From contig OZ024740.1 in the NCBI GenBank assembly GCA_964016885.1, forward strand, positions 241,428,001 through 241,492,000: a DNA stretch of 64,000 nt. Direction: 5' to 3'. Position 1 is the stretch's first letter. Each line of letters begins with the position of its first letter. The position numbers were made by a program, and so were the translations under genes. The DNA is from Eledone cirrhosa (lineage: Eukaryota). Below the pieces are notes generated by a model. That model made no database searches, was not told where the DNA came from, and worked only from the letters and a program-made list of their open reading frames with translations. This document shows, in pieces, positions 1 through 14,391 of the stretch.

Positions 1-461
1 TGATTTATAACAGAGTTTAATTCCTTACTGGTTTATAACAGAGTTTAATTCACAACTTTTCATTACATCTGGCTTCCTACAGAGTTTTAATTCACAACTG
101 GTTTACTACAGCTGTTCGTTACTTCTGGTTTACTACAGAGGTTTAATTCATTACTGGTTTATTACATCTTGTTTACTAGAGGTTTAATTCTCAACTGTTC
201 ATTACTTCTAGTTTATTACAGTGGTTTAATTCATAACTGGTTCACTACAACTTTTCATTACATCTGGTTTCTTTCAGATGTTTAATTCACAACTGGTTTA
301 CTATAGCTGTTTATTACTTCTGGTTTACTACAGAGGTTTAATTCATAAGTGGTTTATTATAGCTGTTCATCACTTCTAGTTCAGTACAGAGGTTTAATTC
401 ACTACAACTGTTCATTACTTCTGGTTTAGTACAGTAGTTTAATTCACAACTGGTTTACTAT
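1..461. repeat. Degenerate tandem repeat of alternating ~27-29 bp units
   Basis: Recurring gaggtttaattcacaactggtttactaca and gctgttcattacttctggtttactaca. Confidence 0.8.
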
Positions 462-1166
462 AATGGTAATTTGGTCTGCTGGTCAGTTTAGCCAGTGTCA
501 TTTATAGTACCTGCCGCCACACCTCTGTTTTTATTACACAACACACAATGTACAGTGTCATACCATGTCAAACTGCTGCATCAGCATTATTTCTCAACAT
601 AACTTTGCCTTTCATCTTTACGGGGTCGATAAAATAAAGTACCAGTAATGTACTGGATAATTGCTGGCCTTGTGCCAAAAGTAGAAACAATTATTTCTCA
701 ACATAACACATCTACAACAAATGCTTTTAATCTAATAGGCTTGCAACATGTAGATTTATTTCTGAATGATATTCTTTTTATTTTTGTCTTTGTAATGTTT
801 ATTGTTGTTGGGCCTGTTTTTGTTTTAGATTTTTTTGGTGGTGGTTGTGGTGGATGTGTTTGTTGTTTATGTGGCTGTGTATGTAGGTTGTGCTTATGTG
901 TTGGTGTTTTGTTCAATGTAACTGTTGTGTGCATGTGTGTGTGCATGTATTTGTGGGCTTGTTCTATGATTTTTGAACTTGCAGTGATGTAGTATTCGTG
1001 ATGTAATTCTGGCGTTCTTGTACTCTCCACCTCTATATACTCTCCATATCTATTGTACTCTCCATATCTATTGACTCATGTCTTTCTTTTTCTTTCCTTC
1101 TTACCATCTCGTACCTCTCTAGCCTTTTTACTCTTGGTCTATCTTCCTCTCTTTATCAGCTAGTTA

Positions 1167-1230
<64 letters not shown>

Positions 1231-1435
1231 GTCTATCTACCCCCTCCCTCTACAATCTAATTCCTCTCTATCTGTCTAACCCATATCTCTATTTCTCTCT
1301 CCCTCATCATCTATTTAAAACATCCATCGATATGTGCTGTTGTTGTCTCCACTATATTACTTTTTAGTTATTATATTGCAGCTGTAATAGAAGTGAAGCA
1401 CACACACAGAATAAAAAACAAAAAAAAGTGCAGCT

Positions 1436-1584
<149 letters not shown>

Positions 1585-2254
1585 TATGATTATTAATTAC
1601 AATGATGTTAGCCAACTTAGCTTGTACATTAAACCTGTTCTCAGAACAGAGCTTGTGAATGGGGATAGAAATGACATATAGACATATAACCAAGCATTTG
1701 CCAGTTTCTTTTTATATCAACTACTAGCAGGGTCAGGGATAGGGTTGGGGTCTTGTTATGAGGGTGAAGGTAGAGGAGTACATTTAGCAAAGTACATTAG
1801 AGTGCGCTCATGTGTATGTGTGCTGCAATGTGTGTGTATTGGTGCTGTAATATGTATGCGTATGTGTGTTGTGGTGTGCTGCGATGTGTATGTTTTGTGG
1901 TGCCATTGAGAACTAAACAGCTGTGTGAGAAAATTAAACTACCACAATAAGAAGTATAGTTATTAACATTTAATGTGGTGAGCATAAAAAATATTATTAA
2001 TTATATGATGAGGAAAAGACAAGGTTTGATTATAAACTAGTATTGTTTTGATAATTAGAGGAGATAACTCCAGGCATATTCTTTTACTATTAAGCCACCT
2101 CAGTGAAGCATATTTTACCCCTCATACTTCTGAAGTAGTAATGAGAGAGCCACTAAGATGTTCAATATCGTATTTTGAGTTAAAGATTGTCCCAAGCCAT
2201 CAAGCTCATTACACCTGCGCTTATCCCTAGTTTTATTTTTCATCACCAGTTGTA

Positions 2255-2447
2255 ACTGATTCCCCACTGGGCAGGATGCCAGTCCATCACAGGGTTAACC
2301 CTCAGTTGCTGCTGTTACATATTTTCAGCTGAGTATACTGGAGCATTGTGAAATGAAGTGTTTTGCTCAAGAACACAATGCGCCACCAGGTCCAGGAATG
2401 GAACTCACATTATGATCATAAGTCAAACAGCTTAACCACTAGGCCAC
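2255..2447 (-). mobile_element. Decayed tRNA-derived CORE-type SINE
   Basis: Minus strand reads gtggcctagtggttaag...gttccattcctggacc...gttcttgagcaaaacacttcatttcacaatgctcc, similar to the copies at 14174 and 28687. Confidence 0.7.
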
Positions 2448-4219
2448 TGTATATTGAGTAGGCATGAACAATTAGCATATCTAAAATAAATCACAGAGAT
2501 GCTATCTTCATGACAAACAACAGTTAAGTTACTGTTAATATATATAATGCAGTGACAAGGCTGGCCCTTTCAAATACAGGTACAGTCCACGTGATGAGCT
2601 TTTAAAAACCTTCTGGGCTGACTATAGGCATGAACCTGATGACTGAGAAACAGACTTCTTAACCATTCAGCAGTACTGTATCGACTTGTCTATTGGTATG
2701 AGAAGTCTGAGTAGACCCCCCCCCCTCCCGCCACCTTATTAAATACAAGGGTGTGAGTAAAAATAACACAGGGCAGCTTGCATATCAATATTAACAGCTA
2801 GACTAGTGATGCTGAATATAGAAAGCAATGGAAAAGATAGTTCACTTTTGATTCTATAATTGGAACATAGGTTTCATTTAAAGAACACTGCTTTTTCATA
2901 AAGATTTATATAAAACAAAAGATATAAACAAATATACATATAACCATTGGTTTTAACGAACAATTTAAAGTACTCAATAACATCGTAGAATGTGGTGTTT
3001 TATTATTTAGATTGATCCATTAGCCTAAATAATTATATATATTTAGAGAGATAAAGAGAGAAACAGCCACATGGCGCACATGTTGTGTGTGTGTGTATGT
3101 GTCTGCATGTATATGTATGTATATATACACGTGCACACATACACACGTGCCATGTATCTCTCTGTCTCTCTCATATATATATATAAATCTGTGTATAAAC
3201 ATTTAGTTATGCAGGTTGATCTTTCAATGTCTACATGTCTGTCTAATAGTGTTTATAGGTCTATAAAGGTTTGGTTATCTGTTTTTGTATATGTCTATGT
3301 CGGTTTCCATATGTCTGTCTGTACATATATCTAATTTATTTGGACTGACTGTATATTTACACCCCGGGTATCTATATGCCTGTCAAACTTACAGCTTGTT
3401 TGCCTGTGTATGTGTCTATACATACATATGTATGTGTATGTATGTGTGTGTATGTATGTATATATATACGTGCATGTATGAGCATGTGTGTAAGTGTGCA
3501 TGTGTGTCTGAGCATGGTTGTACCCAGTACAGTAAAACAGTGTTTGCTGCATCAAAGAGACAGAAACTGAGGAATGCAAAACTATATAATTGTCATCATC
3601 TTTGTCATGCTGATGTAACTACTGCTGCTGGCATAAAGAAGGGAGTTATGTTTGTCGGGGAGGTGGGGGTGGGTGGGTAGGGAGTTAAAAACAGAAGCAG
3701 ATCTAGTGGTGGAGGAGGAAGCACTTTGGTAAAGAATGTTGTAGGGGTGAATGTGGAAGGAAAGAAAGGGGAGGGAAGCAAAGCAATAACGTAAGAATCA
3801 TTGCTGTAACAAGAAAAAGAAAATGGAAGCTGAGACAGAATGGTGGTGGTAGTGGTGGTTGGGTACTGGTGAGGTAGCAATGGTATAAATAATATCACAG
3901 CAGTGGTAGTAGTATGGAAGTAGCAATCATCATAACCACCACCATCATCATCATCATCATCATCACCATCACCATCATTATTTTAACAACCAATTTTTCC
4001 ATGTTTGCATGGGCTGGACCTGGTTTTACATAATCTTGCTGCCAACTGTGGTCCTTTATCTCACAACTTGCTGTGGTCATTTGCCATCTGGTGGAGAGAG
4101 GAGGACAACAGAGAAAAAGGAATCAACTTTGTGTGTCTGTTGTTGTTTATAGCTTACAGCATGGGTGAAGAGCATTCCATCATGCCACCATCACCAGAGA
4201 GGTTGTCTGCAGTTGATTG

Positions 4220-4400
4220 ATAATTGTTTCTACTTTAGACACACGACCAGCAATCAACCAGTGCATTACTGGTACTTTATTTTATTAACCCCGTAAGGAT
4301 GAAAGACAAAGTCAACCTCGGCGGGATTTGAACTCAGATCGTAAAGGGACGTAACTATGCTGGAAAGCATGGCGTCCAACCCTCTACAGATACTGCCAAA
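4220..4400 (-). mobile_element. tRNA-derived SINE family 1 copy
   Basis: Reverse complement of the family body gagttcaaatcccgccgaggtt(g/a)actttg(c/t)ctttcatccttacgggg...aaaataaagtaccagtaatgcactgg. Confidence 0.85.
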
Positions 4401-4509
4401 TGGTGCTACAGAAGTAGTGTGCTTGGGGTAGTGATGGTAGTAGTACTGTAGTGATGCTAAGTGGTACAGTGCTGCAGTACTAGTTGTTGTAGAAGTGGTG
4501 CAGTAGTAG

Positions 4510-5705
4510 CGATGTTAGTGTGGCAGTGGTGGTGGCACAGTACCAGAGTGATGGTGATGGTGATGTTGGTGCTGACATTAGTGTGGAAGTAGTGGTGATA
4601 TTAGTGTGGCAGTGGTGGTGATATCGGGGTGGTAGTGGTGGTGATATCGGGGTGGTAGTGGTGGTGATATCGGGGTGGTAGTGGTGGTGATGTTAGGGTG
4701 GTAGTGGTGGTGATATAACGGTGGTAGTTGTGGTGATGTTAGGGTGGCAGTGGTTGTGATATCGGCTGGCAGTGGTGGTGATATCGGGGTGGAAGTGGTG
4801 GTGATATTGGGGTGGTAGAGGTGGTGATATCGGGGTGGCAGTGGTGGTGATATTAGTGTGGCAGTGGTGGTGATATCGGGGTGGCAGTGGTGGTGATATT
4901 GGGGTGGTAGTGGTGGTGATATCGGGTGGCAGTGGTGGTGATATCGGGGTGGCAGTGGTGGTGATATTGGGGTGGTAGTGGTGGTGATATCGGGGTGGTA
5001 GTGGTGGTGATATTGGGGTGGTAGTGGTGGTGATATTAGTGTGGCAGTGGTGGTGATATTGGGGTGGTAGTGGTGGTGAAATCGGGGTGGAAGTAGTGGT
5101 GGTGATATTAGTGTGGCAGTGGTGGTGATATCGGGTGGTAGTGGTGGTGAAATCGGGGTGGAAGTAGTGGTGGTGATATTAGTGTGGCAGTGGTGGTGAT
5201 ATCGGGGTGGTAGTGGTGGTGATATTGGGGTGGCAGTGGTGGTGCTGTTAGGGTGGTAGTGGTGGTGATATAACGGTGGTAGTGGTGGTGATATCGGGGT
5301 GGCAGTGGTGGTGATATCGGGGTGGCAGTGGTGGTGATATTGAGGTGACAGTGGTGGTGATATCGGGTGGTAGTGGTGGGGATATCGGGATGGAAGTAGT
5401 AGTGATATTAGTGTGGCAGTGGTGGTGATATGGGGTGGTAGTGGTGGTGATATCGGGGTGACAGTGGTGGTGATATTGGGGTGGAACTAGTGGTGATATT
5501 GGGGTGGTTCTGGTGGTGATATCAGGGTGGCAGTGGTGGTGATATCAGGGTGGCAGTGGTGGTGATATTGGGGGCAGGGGGTGGGGGTAGTGGTGGTGGT
5601 GATAGTGGTGTTGACATTGGGGTAGGATTGTGGTGGTGATAGTGGTGATGATAGTGGTGATACTAGGGTGGCAGTGGTGGTGCTATTAGGGTGGCAGTGA
5701 TGGTG
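4510..5705. repeat. G-rich 23-bp minisatellite (gtggtggtgatatcggggtgg(c/t)a)n
   Basis: Several dozen diverged tandem units that grade into (GTG/TAG)n triplets at both edges. Confidence 0.9.
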
Positions 5706-6208
5706 TTAGCATATTGATCTGAAAAAACAGTTCTTTGTAAATGTACAACTTTACACGCACACACATCACACAGAAACACATATATATTGGACAACCATGA
5801 GCACATTATACACACACACACACACCCAGACACACACACATAAACATATGTGTGTGTCATCATAATCATCATTGTTCTTTTTTTTGTCTGCTTTTTCTAT
5901 GCTGGTATGGGATGGACCAGAAGATTTTTTTATTCTTAATATTTTACTTTTAAAGACTGGATGACATTCGTGGTGCCAAACCCTACCATATTTTAAAGTA
6001 TGGTATATACCAGTCATTGTCAAACTATGGCTTCTGCCACAGCCGCTCATTAGGGTTTCTGAATGGCACACCTAATTTCAAAATTGCCTTGAACTTTTTA
6101 GTAGTGTGACTCACCTTATGATGACCCACATCCTATGCACCCCACTGCTCGAAAAAGGTTGCCCATGCCTGCTATATACCCCTAGCTTTCACTGAACCAT
6201 TTTTACAC

Positions 6209-6495
6209 TCGCCGAGGTTGACTTTGCCTTTCATCCTTACGGGGTCGATAAAATAAAGTACCAGTAATGCACTGGGGAATTTGCTGACCCTGTGACTAAA
6301 GTAGAAACAATTATTTATAGAGGATGGTGGATTGGCAGTATCGGTAGAGTTATGTCCCTTTATGTTCTGAGTTCAAATCTCGCCGAGGTTAACTTTGCCT
6401 TTCATCCTCACAGGGTTGATAAAATAAAGCACCAGTAATGCACTGGGGTAATTGCTGTAATTGCTAGCCTTGTGCCAAAAGTAGAAACAATTATT
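6209..6495 (+). mobile_element. Two tandem SINE family 1 copies
   Basis: Body motif appears twice. The second copy has an A-box-like tggcagtatcgg and B-box gttcaaatct. A further partial copy lies at about 600-695. Confidence 0.85.
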
Positions 6496-6555
6496 TATAG
6501 AGGACCATACAACCTGCAGGATAATGATGTGGTTATGAAGGCATTTATGGTAACT

Positions 6556-6661
<106 letters not shown>

Positions 6662-7161
6662 CACACACACACATGGCAGGCTTTCTTAAAGTTTCTGTCT
6701 ATCGAATTTACTCACAGAGCACTGGTACACTTGAGTTTATAGCTGAAGGCATGTGTGCTCAAGATACCACAGTGGAACTTAAACAGATACGACGTGATTC
6801 CAAAGTAAACCTCTTTACATACATAAACACACAAAACACCTACATATATAAAGGGACATGAACATATGTCAATGCAAACAGAAATTACTGATTACACACA
6901 CAGAGTCTAGCAGGGATGAGGGGTGGGGTCATCACTTCCAGTTGATTAAAAGCAGGTTAAAAGTGCACATATGAATAGTGTTTTGAATGTCAACATTATC
7001 TAAAAGTACCACGACTGCAATCAAAAGACTTCCTCTCCATTTTCTTATAGTCTTCTCCTGAACAACAAACTACTTGACATTTTTGATTATTTCCAGATTA
7101 AGAAACTTCAGTTCATCAGCTGTTCACCTCAAACTAAAGGGTTCAACTTTATGTTTGTGTA

Positions 7162-7293
<132 letters not shown>

Positions 7294-7294
7294 C

Positions 7295-7454
<160 letters not shown>

Positions 7455-7455
7455 C

Positions 7456-7596
<141 letters not shown>

Positions 7597-7947
7597 TCAA
7601 CCTTTTTATGTCCGTTTTCCCACACTTGCATGGGTTGGATTGGTCCTTCGTCATCTCCTCTGTGAGTTTCAGTGCTTTAAGGTCAGCTCTCGCAAACCTC
7701 TGCCCGGGCCTTTCTTGGTCTACCTCTACTGCAGCTTGCTTCCCCTGGCATTTCCTGGCACTTCTTCACCCAATGATCGTTGTCCATGCACACAACATAT
7801 TGATACCATTGCAGCCTTCTCTTCTGCATATATATATGAGCAAAGCATGATCACCTGACCTGGCCTATCTCACAACAGAACAACTCAAGCTAAACTATGC
7901 TAGTGTAGAAAATGGACTAAAATGGACTTAAAACGGTGATGAAGATG

Positions 7948-7993
<46 letters not shown>

Positions 7994-8007
7994 TAGTGGA
8001 TGTGAAG

Positions 8008-8227
8008 TAAAAATAAAAATAAAAATAAAAATAAAAATAAAAATAAAAATAAAAATAAAAATAAAAATAAAAATAAAAATAAAAATAAAAATAAAAATAA
8101 AAATAAAAATAAAAATAAAAATAAAAATAAAAATAAAAATAAAAATAAAAATAAAAATAAAAATAAAAATAAAAATAAAAATAAAAATAAAAATAAAAAT
8201 AAAAATAAAAATAAAAATAAAAATAAA
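8008..8227. repeat. Perfect (TAAAAA)n hexanucleotide microsatellite
   Basis: Directly visible, about 36 units. Confidence 0.95.
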
Positions 8228-8565
8228 TCTGAAAGAGAAGTTTGTAAAGAAGGTAAGTTAATGAAAGTGCAGATGTTTAAACACTACCTTGCCGACAAGA
8301 GTTTTTTTAAGCTTCATATCATGTCTCCCTATTTTATCTGCCTGTTTGTTAAATGTTACTGTGTGTGTGTGCGTGTGTTGTTGTCTAGCTTGAGTGTGTG
8401 TGTGTGTGTGTGTGTGTGTTGTTGCCTTGTTCATCTGTATTGGCAGTGTAGTATGTTCGTATGGTGGAATGCTACTGTGTGTGTGTGCGTGTGTGTGTGT
8501 AGTTGTCTCGTTTGCGTGTGTGTGTGTGTGTGCGTGTGTTGTGTGTTGTTGCATCGCTTGTTAAC

Positions 8566-8945
8566 TTAAACCAGCCATTTCATTTCGCTTCTCTCTGATC
8601 GGTTGTTTATTTGCGGTTGCAGTCGTTTGATAAAAAGCGCTTCCTTGATACGTAACGTGCCGACGTTTCTTTCAGTCGCTAGAATTGTGACAATGGGCCT
8701 TCCGTCTTTGTTTCCGCATTTGTCTATGTGTTTCCGGAAAGACGAGGCCCTGGTTTTAGTGTGTTCCTTGATCCGGATGTGCAAAGGTTGAATTGTGCTA
8801 CCTATGTAGTATTGGTTGCACCTGTCACATTCTATCTTATACACGACGTATGTGCGTAGGCAACAGTTAGCATGGCGTATCGGGCAGTCTCTGAGGGAGC
8901 ATGCGTCAGTAGATTTTTCGGGTTTCCTGGAGAGGCATCTTCGCA
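8566..8945 (-). mobile_element. Penelope-like element 3' fragment, GIY-YIG endonuclease (Penelope/Poseidon-like)
   Basis: VVYKIECDRCNQYYIGSTIQPLHIRIKEH...LRIKEALFIKRLQPQIN contains the GIY-YIG motifs with CxxC, R..EH, E and N. Clade assignment is by resemblance only. Confidence 0.85.
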
Positions 8946-9938
8946 GTAATAATAATAAATTTGAAGACGAAAATCCAAAGAGGGCTCGATAAGGGTGAAA
9001 GCAGCGATTCTTTGCTTAAACTTTAATCTGTTATTTTAATAAATATATATATATGTATATATATATACACACACACATATATATATATACACACATACAT
9101 ACACACACATACATGCACACATATATACACGCATACATACGCACACACATATATAGATACGCACACACACAATTAATTATAAGAAAAAAAAAACATGAAG
9201 AACCATATAATGCAATAGGCCGTCACATACAAATAAAAAAATATAAAATAAGACTTAAGAAAATAAAAATTATTATTAAGTTGACAGCGATACAGGAAAG
9301 AACACAAATAAATAAACAAACACACGTGGTAAGCAATATACACATATATACACATACACATACATACATATAAATATATACATACACACACACATACACA
9401 CACACACATATATATATATATACACTGAGAAAATTAACCTTTATTGATTACACCCAGTTATATTTAGGATTTAGATTGATGAATATTTCTAGATAATTCA
9501 ATAATTCAATGATTCGAGTTTACTCTATTGCATAGCTATGCCCAATTGTATAGTTGTGTATGGATATATATCATACATAACTATATATCCCTCCCTATAA
9601 TTATAATTATAATTATTCCTCTTTGTCTCCCTTTCCTTGATCAATCCTCCTTTGCTCTCTATACCTTTTCTAGTTATATTTTCCCCTCATATGTTTTTGC
9701 TCTGTCTTTTTTCTTTCCTCTTTCTTCAATAATTATTTGAATCTCTAACAGTTATGTAAATTACTGTTATGTATTTTTAAGCTTTCTTACACGCACCCTC
9801 TGTATTATATGTATTATATGTAAGTTTTTTTCATGTATCAATCTTAAGGTATATAAATATTGTGTTTTATCATATCTTACTCACTACCATGACTGGATCT
9901 TAACCATCTACTATGTCAGGGTATGTCATGCATCATCT

Positions 9939-10005
9939 TATTTTATCTGATGAGGACGTACTGTTGAAGTTAGCTCAGTACCTCTGAAATATGTATAATA
10001 AAATA
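9939..10005 (+). ncRNA. Type I hammerhead ribozyme (family A)
   Basis: Stem I tattttat/ataaaata. CTGATGA 9947-9953. Stem II ggacgtactg/cagtacctct. GAAA 9986-9989. Short stem III atatgtat. AUA site. Confidence 0.8.
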
Positions 10006-10124
10006 TAATTTTTGTTAATATTTTGAATGAATATTAATAACTCCGGAAAACCATTATTGTTGAGTGCTTCCAATCTATTGTAAAACTAATTCTTTGATTC
10101 ATTCATTGAAACTTCTTTAACCTT

Positions 10125-10253
<129 letters not shown>

Positions 10254-10808
10254 CATAAATATTATATATATATAAAAATAAAAAGGTAGAAGGGGTAAAC
10301 AAATAGTTGGGAATACGACAAATAATAAATAAATAATTAAATAGATAAAGGTATAAATGTTTATAGCTGATTTAGAGCACTCAACAAGTTCCTGGAGCAA
10401 ATAATCAATGAAAATAAACATTAAATCACTCTGTATGTAATTATGCATAAACATATACATATATACATACACATACACAGACACACAACCATACAAATAT
10501 ATATATAGGAAAAACTAAGACCCCGACGGCAGAGCTCAACCCCTTTCGACGGCTATTATATATATATATATAAATATATATGCAGAGGTTATATTTAATT
10601 AAAAAAAATTATAAATAATATAAAGCACTCAACAATTTAGTGGAGTAAATATACAATGTATTAATAAATGGAAACTATATTTATAAAACCATATTTATTT
10701 TATTATACATATTTCAAGGGCAACCAAGACAAATTATGATGCGCTTAACGGTTGGAGATTCCTGGAAGCTCCAACGGTTAAGGTTGTATTTTATCTGTAT
10801 TTTATCTG

Positions 10809-10874
10809 TATTTTATCTGATGAAAGCGCATCATAATTTGCCTTGGTTGCCCTTGAAATATGTATAATAAAATA
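10809..10874 (+). ncRNA. Type I hammerhead ribozyme (family A) in a fold-back element (arms about 10652-10746 and 10825-10918)
   Basis: Stem I tattttat/ataaaata. CTGATGA 10817-10823. Stem II aagcgca/tgccctt. GAAA 10855-10858. AUA site 10864-10866. Confidence 0.8.
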
Positions 10875-11283
10875 AATATGGTTTTATAAATATAGTTTCC
10901 ATTTATTAATATATTGTATATATAAATATATATATATACACACACACACACACTAATATACACACACACATATATACAAAAAGTTACATCATCACGATAA
11001 TAAAAATACACACACACATATAAACACACACACACACATATATATATATATACACATACATATACATACAGACATATATAATTATATACACATATATTCA
11101 TACATATATTTATATATACATATATACACATATACACAATACATACATACACACAGAAATAAATATCTATAAATAAAAAAGGTGGGTATGTAAAGGGTAA
11201 GGTAGAAAGTAGGGGGAAATAAGGAAAATAAATAACATAGGCAAAAGTTTATATATATCTGTATGTATATGAATGTGTATATG

Positions 11284-11314
<31 letters not shown>

Positions 11315-11451
11315 TTATATGTGTGTGTGTATTTTTATTATCGTGGTGATGTAACTTTTTGTATATGTGTGTGTGTGTATATTAGTGTGTGTATATATAT
11401 ATATATAATAGCCGTCGAAACAGGTTGAGCTCTGCCGTCGGAGTTATACTT

Positions 11452-11512
<61 letters not shown>

Positions 11513-11770
11513 CGTGTGTGTGTATGTGTGTCTATGGTTGTGTGTGTATGTGTATGTAAATATGTGTATGTATATGCATAATTACATACAGAGTGATTTA
11601 ATGTTTATTTTCATTGATTATTTGCTCCAGGAACTTGTTGAGTGCTCTAAATCAGCTATAAACATTTATACCTTTATCTATTTAATTATTTATTTATTAT
11701 TTGTCGTATTCCCAACTATTTGTTTACCCCTTCCACCTTTTTATTTTTATATATATATATAATATTTATG

Positions 11771-11824
<54 letters not shown>

Positions 11825-14173
11825 ATATGTGTGTGTAAGTTATGAGTGAGTATTCAAATGAGTGTCCGAAAGGTTGAAAAGATAACGGTTTATTTAAATT
11901 AAACTGTTGGAAGAAGATGATATGTAAGGGAGAGAGAAAAAAAAAGAAAAAAAGAAAAAAAGAAAAAAGAAAGGAGAAAGAAAGAACGATTATACATATT
12001 GATAGTGAAGATAGAGTGCATGAAGAAATAAGTTTCAAAGGATAAATATGCATATCTAAGTGAAAGAAGAAATAAGATTAACGTGGAAGAATAATATTTA
12101 TAATGCAGGGTTCATTACGTTTTGATTACAATACTTATAATGATAGGTTGAAAAATTAGATTAAAATTAAAAATTAGATATCAAAATTAAAGATTAAAAT
12201 TTGCCTTAATATTAAAGATTTAATTTTATAATTTAATATTAATAATTAGTTTAAATGTGTATATTAAGGATTATAAATTATTTAAATAAATATATAGTAT
12301 TTTACGTTAGAGAAAATCTAGTATAGTTTATTTTATTAAAAGTTGTAAGTCAAAATTTAAACATCCAAATAATTCTAAATTTATGAAAAATTTACGAGAG
12401 TTTACAAAGGAATAATCACTTAATTATATTATAAAAACAGTAAGGAAGTGTAAAGGAAGTTAGAAGTGATTTTTGAATATCTCAGATGACTCCAAGGATT
12501 AAATGTTATAAAGTTAAAAAGTTAAACATTTTTTATCTTAAGAATATAATTAAAACATGAACCATATGTTATTTTATACGAATTCATAAATTTACTTGCT
12601 ATAAAGTTAAAAAATAAAAAAAAATTTATCTTAAGAATATATTTAAAGCATAAACCATAGGTTATTCCACATATATATAAAAAAACCTATATGTAAAAAT
12701 CAAATGTTTTTCCACATATATATAAACATTTGGATATATATATTAAAAACGTTTGAAGATATAAAAATATTGGAAGATATGAAAATAATGATTTTTCTAT
12801 AACTTTCAAAGGAATTTTCAAAATATTTTTCCTAAAACCTTCCGTAAGTTTTTCAAGAAAAATTTTTCTTAAAGGAGTTTCAAGCAGCCATATAAAAAAA
12901 ATTGTTATAATCTATCGATAAGTGTAATAATATAAAGTATATAGTATATATATGAGGTAGAGATAATAGAAAGTAAATTAAATATATATAAATCATATAT
13001 AGATATAGAAAACATTATGTAAAGGAGATACATCATATATTACATTTTATATATATATTTAAAAGTTGAGTTTAAACGATGTTTACAGGAACTAAATAAA
13101 TTATTCGCAAAGTATTAGAATCAATAGATCATATGCAATTGGAAAACTATTATGGGCTATTAATACAATCATTAGAAAAATCACGAAGGTTTAGTTACAT
13201 AATAGACTGTAGAAAATAACTTGAATTTAATTGAATGTAACATTCTTTTTCTGCTACGACTAAATGTATTTTAAAACTATAAATAAACATAAAACTCAAA
13301 CAAACACAAACATTAAATTATATTAGAGACTAATGGATATAAAGCATTTCAATATTGCGTAAGAAAAATGACTAAATATGAAAATAAGAAGAATGCGGCA
13401 TACAGATATATAACTAAAAATGTTTAAGTAGAAATTGTGGAATAAATGTTTTAGGTTAATTAATATATAACGCTTTGTACATAACGTGGTGGTGAAAGAA
13501 TTAATGTCTTTACGATGTGAAAATGCTTTTCATGTACTGTGACTTAGCTAATTTCGAGAGAGGGAGAAAGAAGCCACTCCCCTCCCATGACTGCTGCTGT
13601 TTATATTGACAGACCTGTCAACTCTCCCCGCCTGACGGGGAGATCACCCACCCACTTTGGGGTGGGTGAGAGATGTCTTCGTATGTGAAAATGGGTATAG
13701 CTTTCATTATATAAAATCTCCCCATTTTGCGTCATTTCTCCCCGTTTTAGTCATGAAAGGATGAAAAGCAAAACTAACTTCGATAGAATTTAAACTCAGA
13801 GTTCAAATGATCGGAACAAATACCGCAAGCCAATCTTTCCGTCGCTCTAACGGACTTGTCAATTTACCAACTTGTTTAGGGAAGTATATACACCATAAAT
13901 AAAAAGCCAGAATGAAAGAAGAATGTATTGTGTTGAGATAAAAATAATCCCATTAAGATTAATATAGCTGATTCAGAAATAATTTATAATTCAGAACGAT
14001 CTGACTTAAACAAACTAAACAGAGTAATGCTTGTATTATTGAAATGTATAGGTCATCAGCTTCATTTATATACAGTTTCTTTGGAGAAACAAGGAAAGAT
14101 AATTCTTTAAGAATTTTAGGTGAAAACAAGAACGTTGAATTCGCTAATATATGTATACATAAATATATAATGT

Positions 14174-14391
14174 GAAAGCGTGTGGCTGAGTGGTTAGAGA
14201 ATTGGATTCGCAATCGTAAGGTTGTGAGTTCGATTCCTGGACCGGGCGATGCGTTATGTCCTTGAGCAAGACACTTTATTTCACGTTGCTCCTTCTACCT
14301 GGAGTTGCGACCGATAGATAGTATTAGCAATTGGAAAGACCAACGGAAACATTGTTCCCTCGGTCCGATTTTGACGAAAGTCGATCGTTCC
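14174..14391 (+). mobile_element. tRNA-derived CORE-type SINE (family 2)
   Basis: A box tggctgagtgg, B box gttcgattcc, CORE-like tccttgagcaagacactttatttcacgttgctcc. Near-identical to 28687-28900; the 3' part also occurs at 27605-27697 (-). Confidence 0.85.

Noticed and set aside
1-461. Regularly spaced ~28-bp repeats resembling a CRISPR array
   Set aside because: No unique spacers, degenerate units, eukaryotic context and no cas genes.
2636-2660. CTGATGA-ctga-GAAAC hammerhead-like string (isolated CTGATGA also at 30760, 33180, 39875 and 63886-63892 minus)
   Set aside because: No pairable stems or no correctly placed GAAA and NUH. Treated as chance or heavily decayed.
4020-4088. Possible minus-strand exon after a strong polypyrimidine tract and CAG
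   Set aside because: The only open frame (WQMTTASCEIKDHSWQQDYVKP) has no FN3 features, its phase does not fit the preceding exon and the donor is weak.
14174-14245. tRNA-like sequence with A and B boxes (also at 28687 and 34728)
   Set aside because: These are SINE heads followed by SINE bodies, with no complete acceptor stem.
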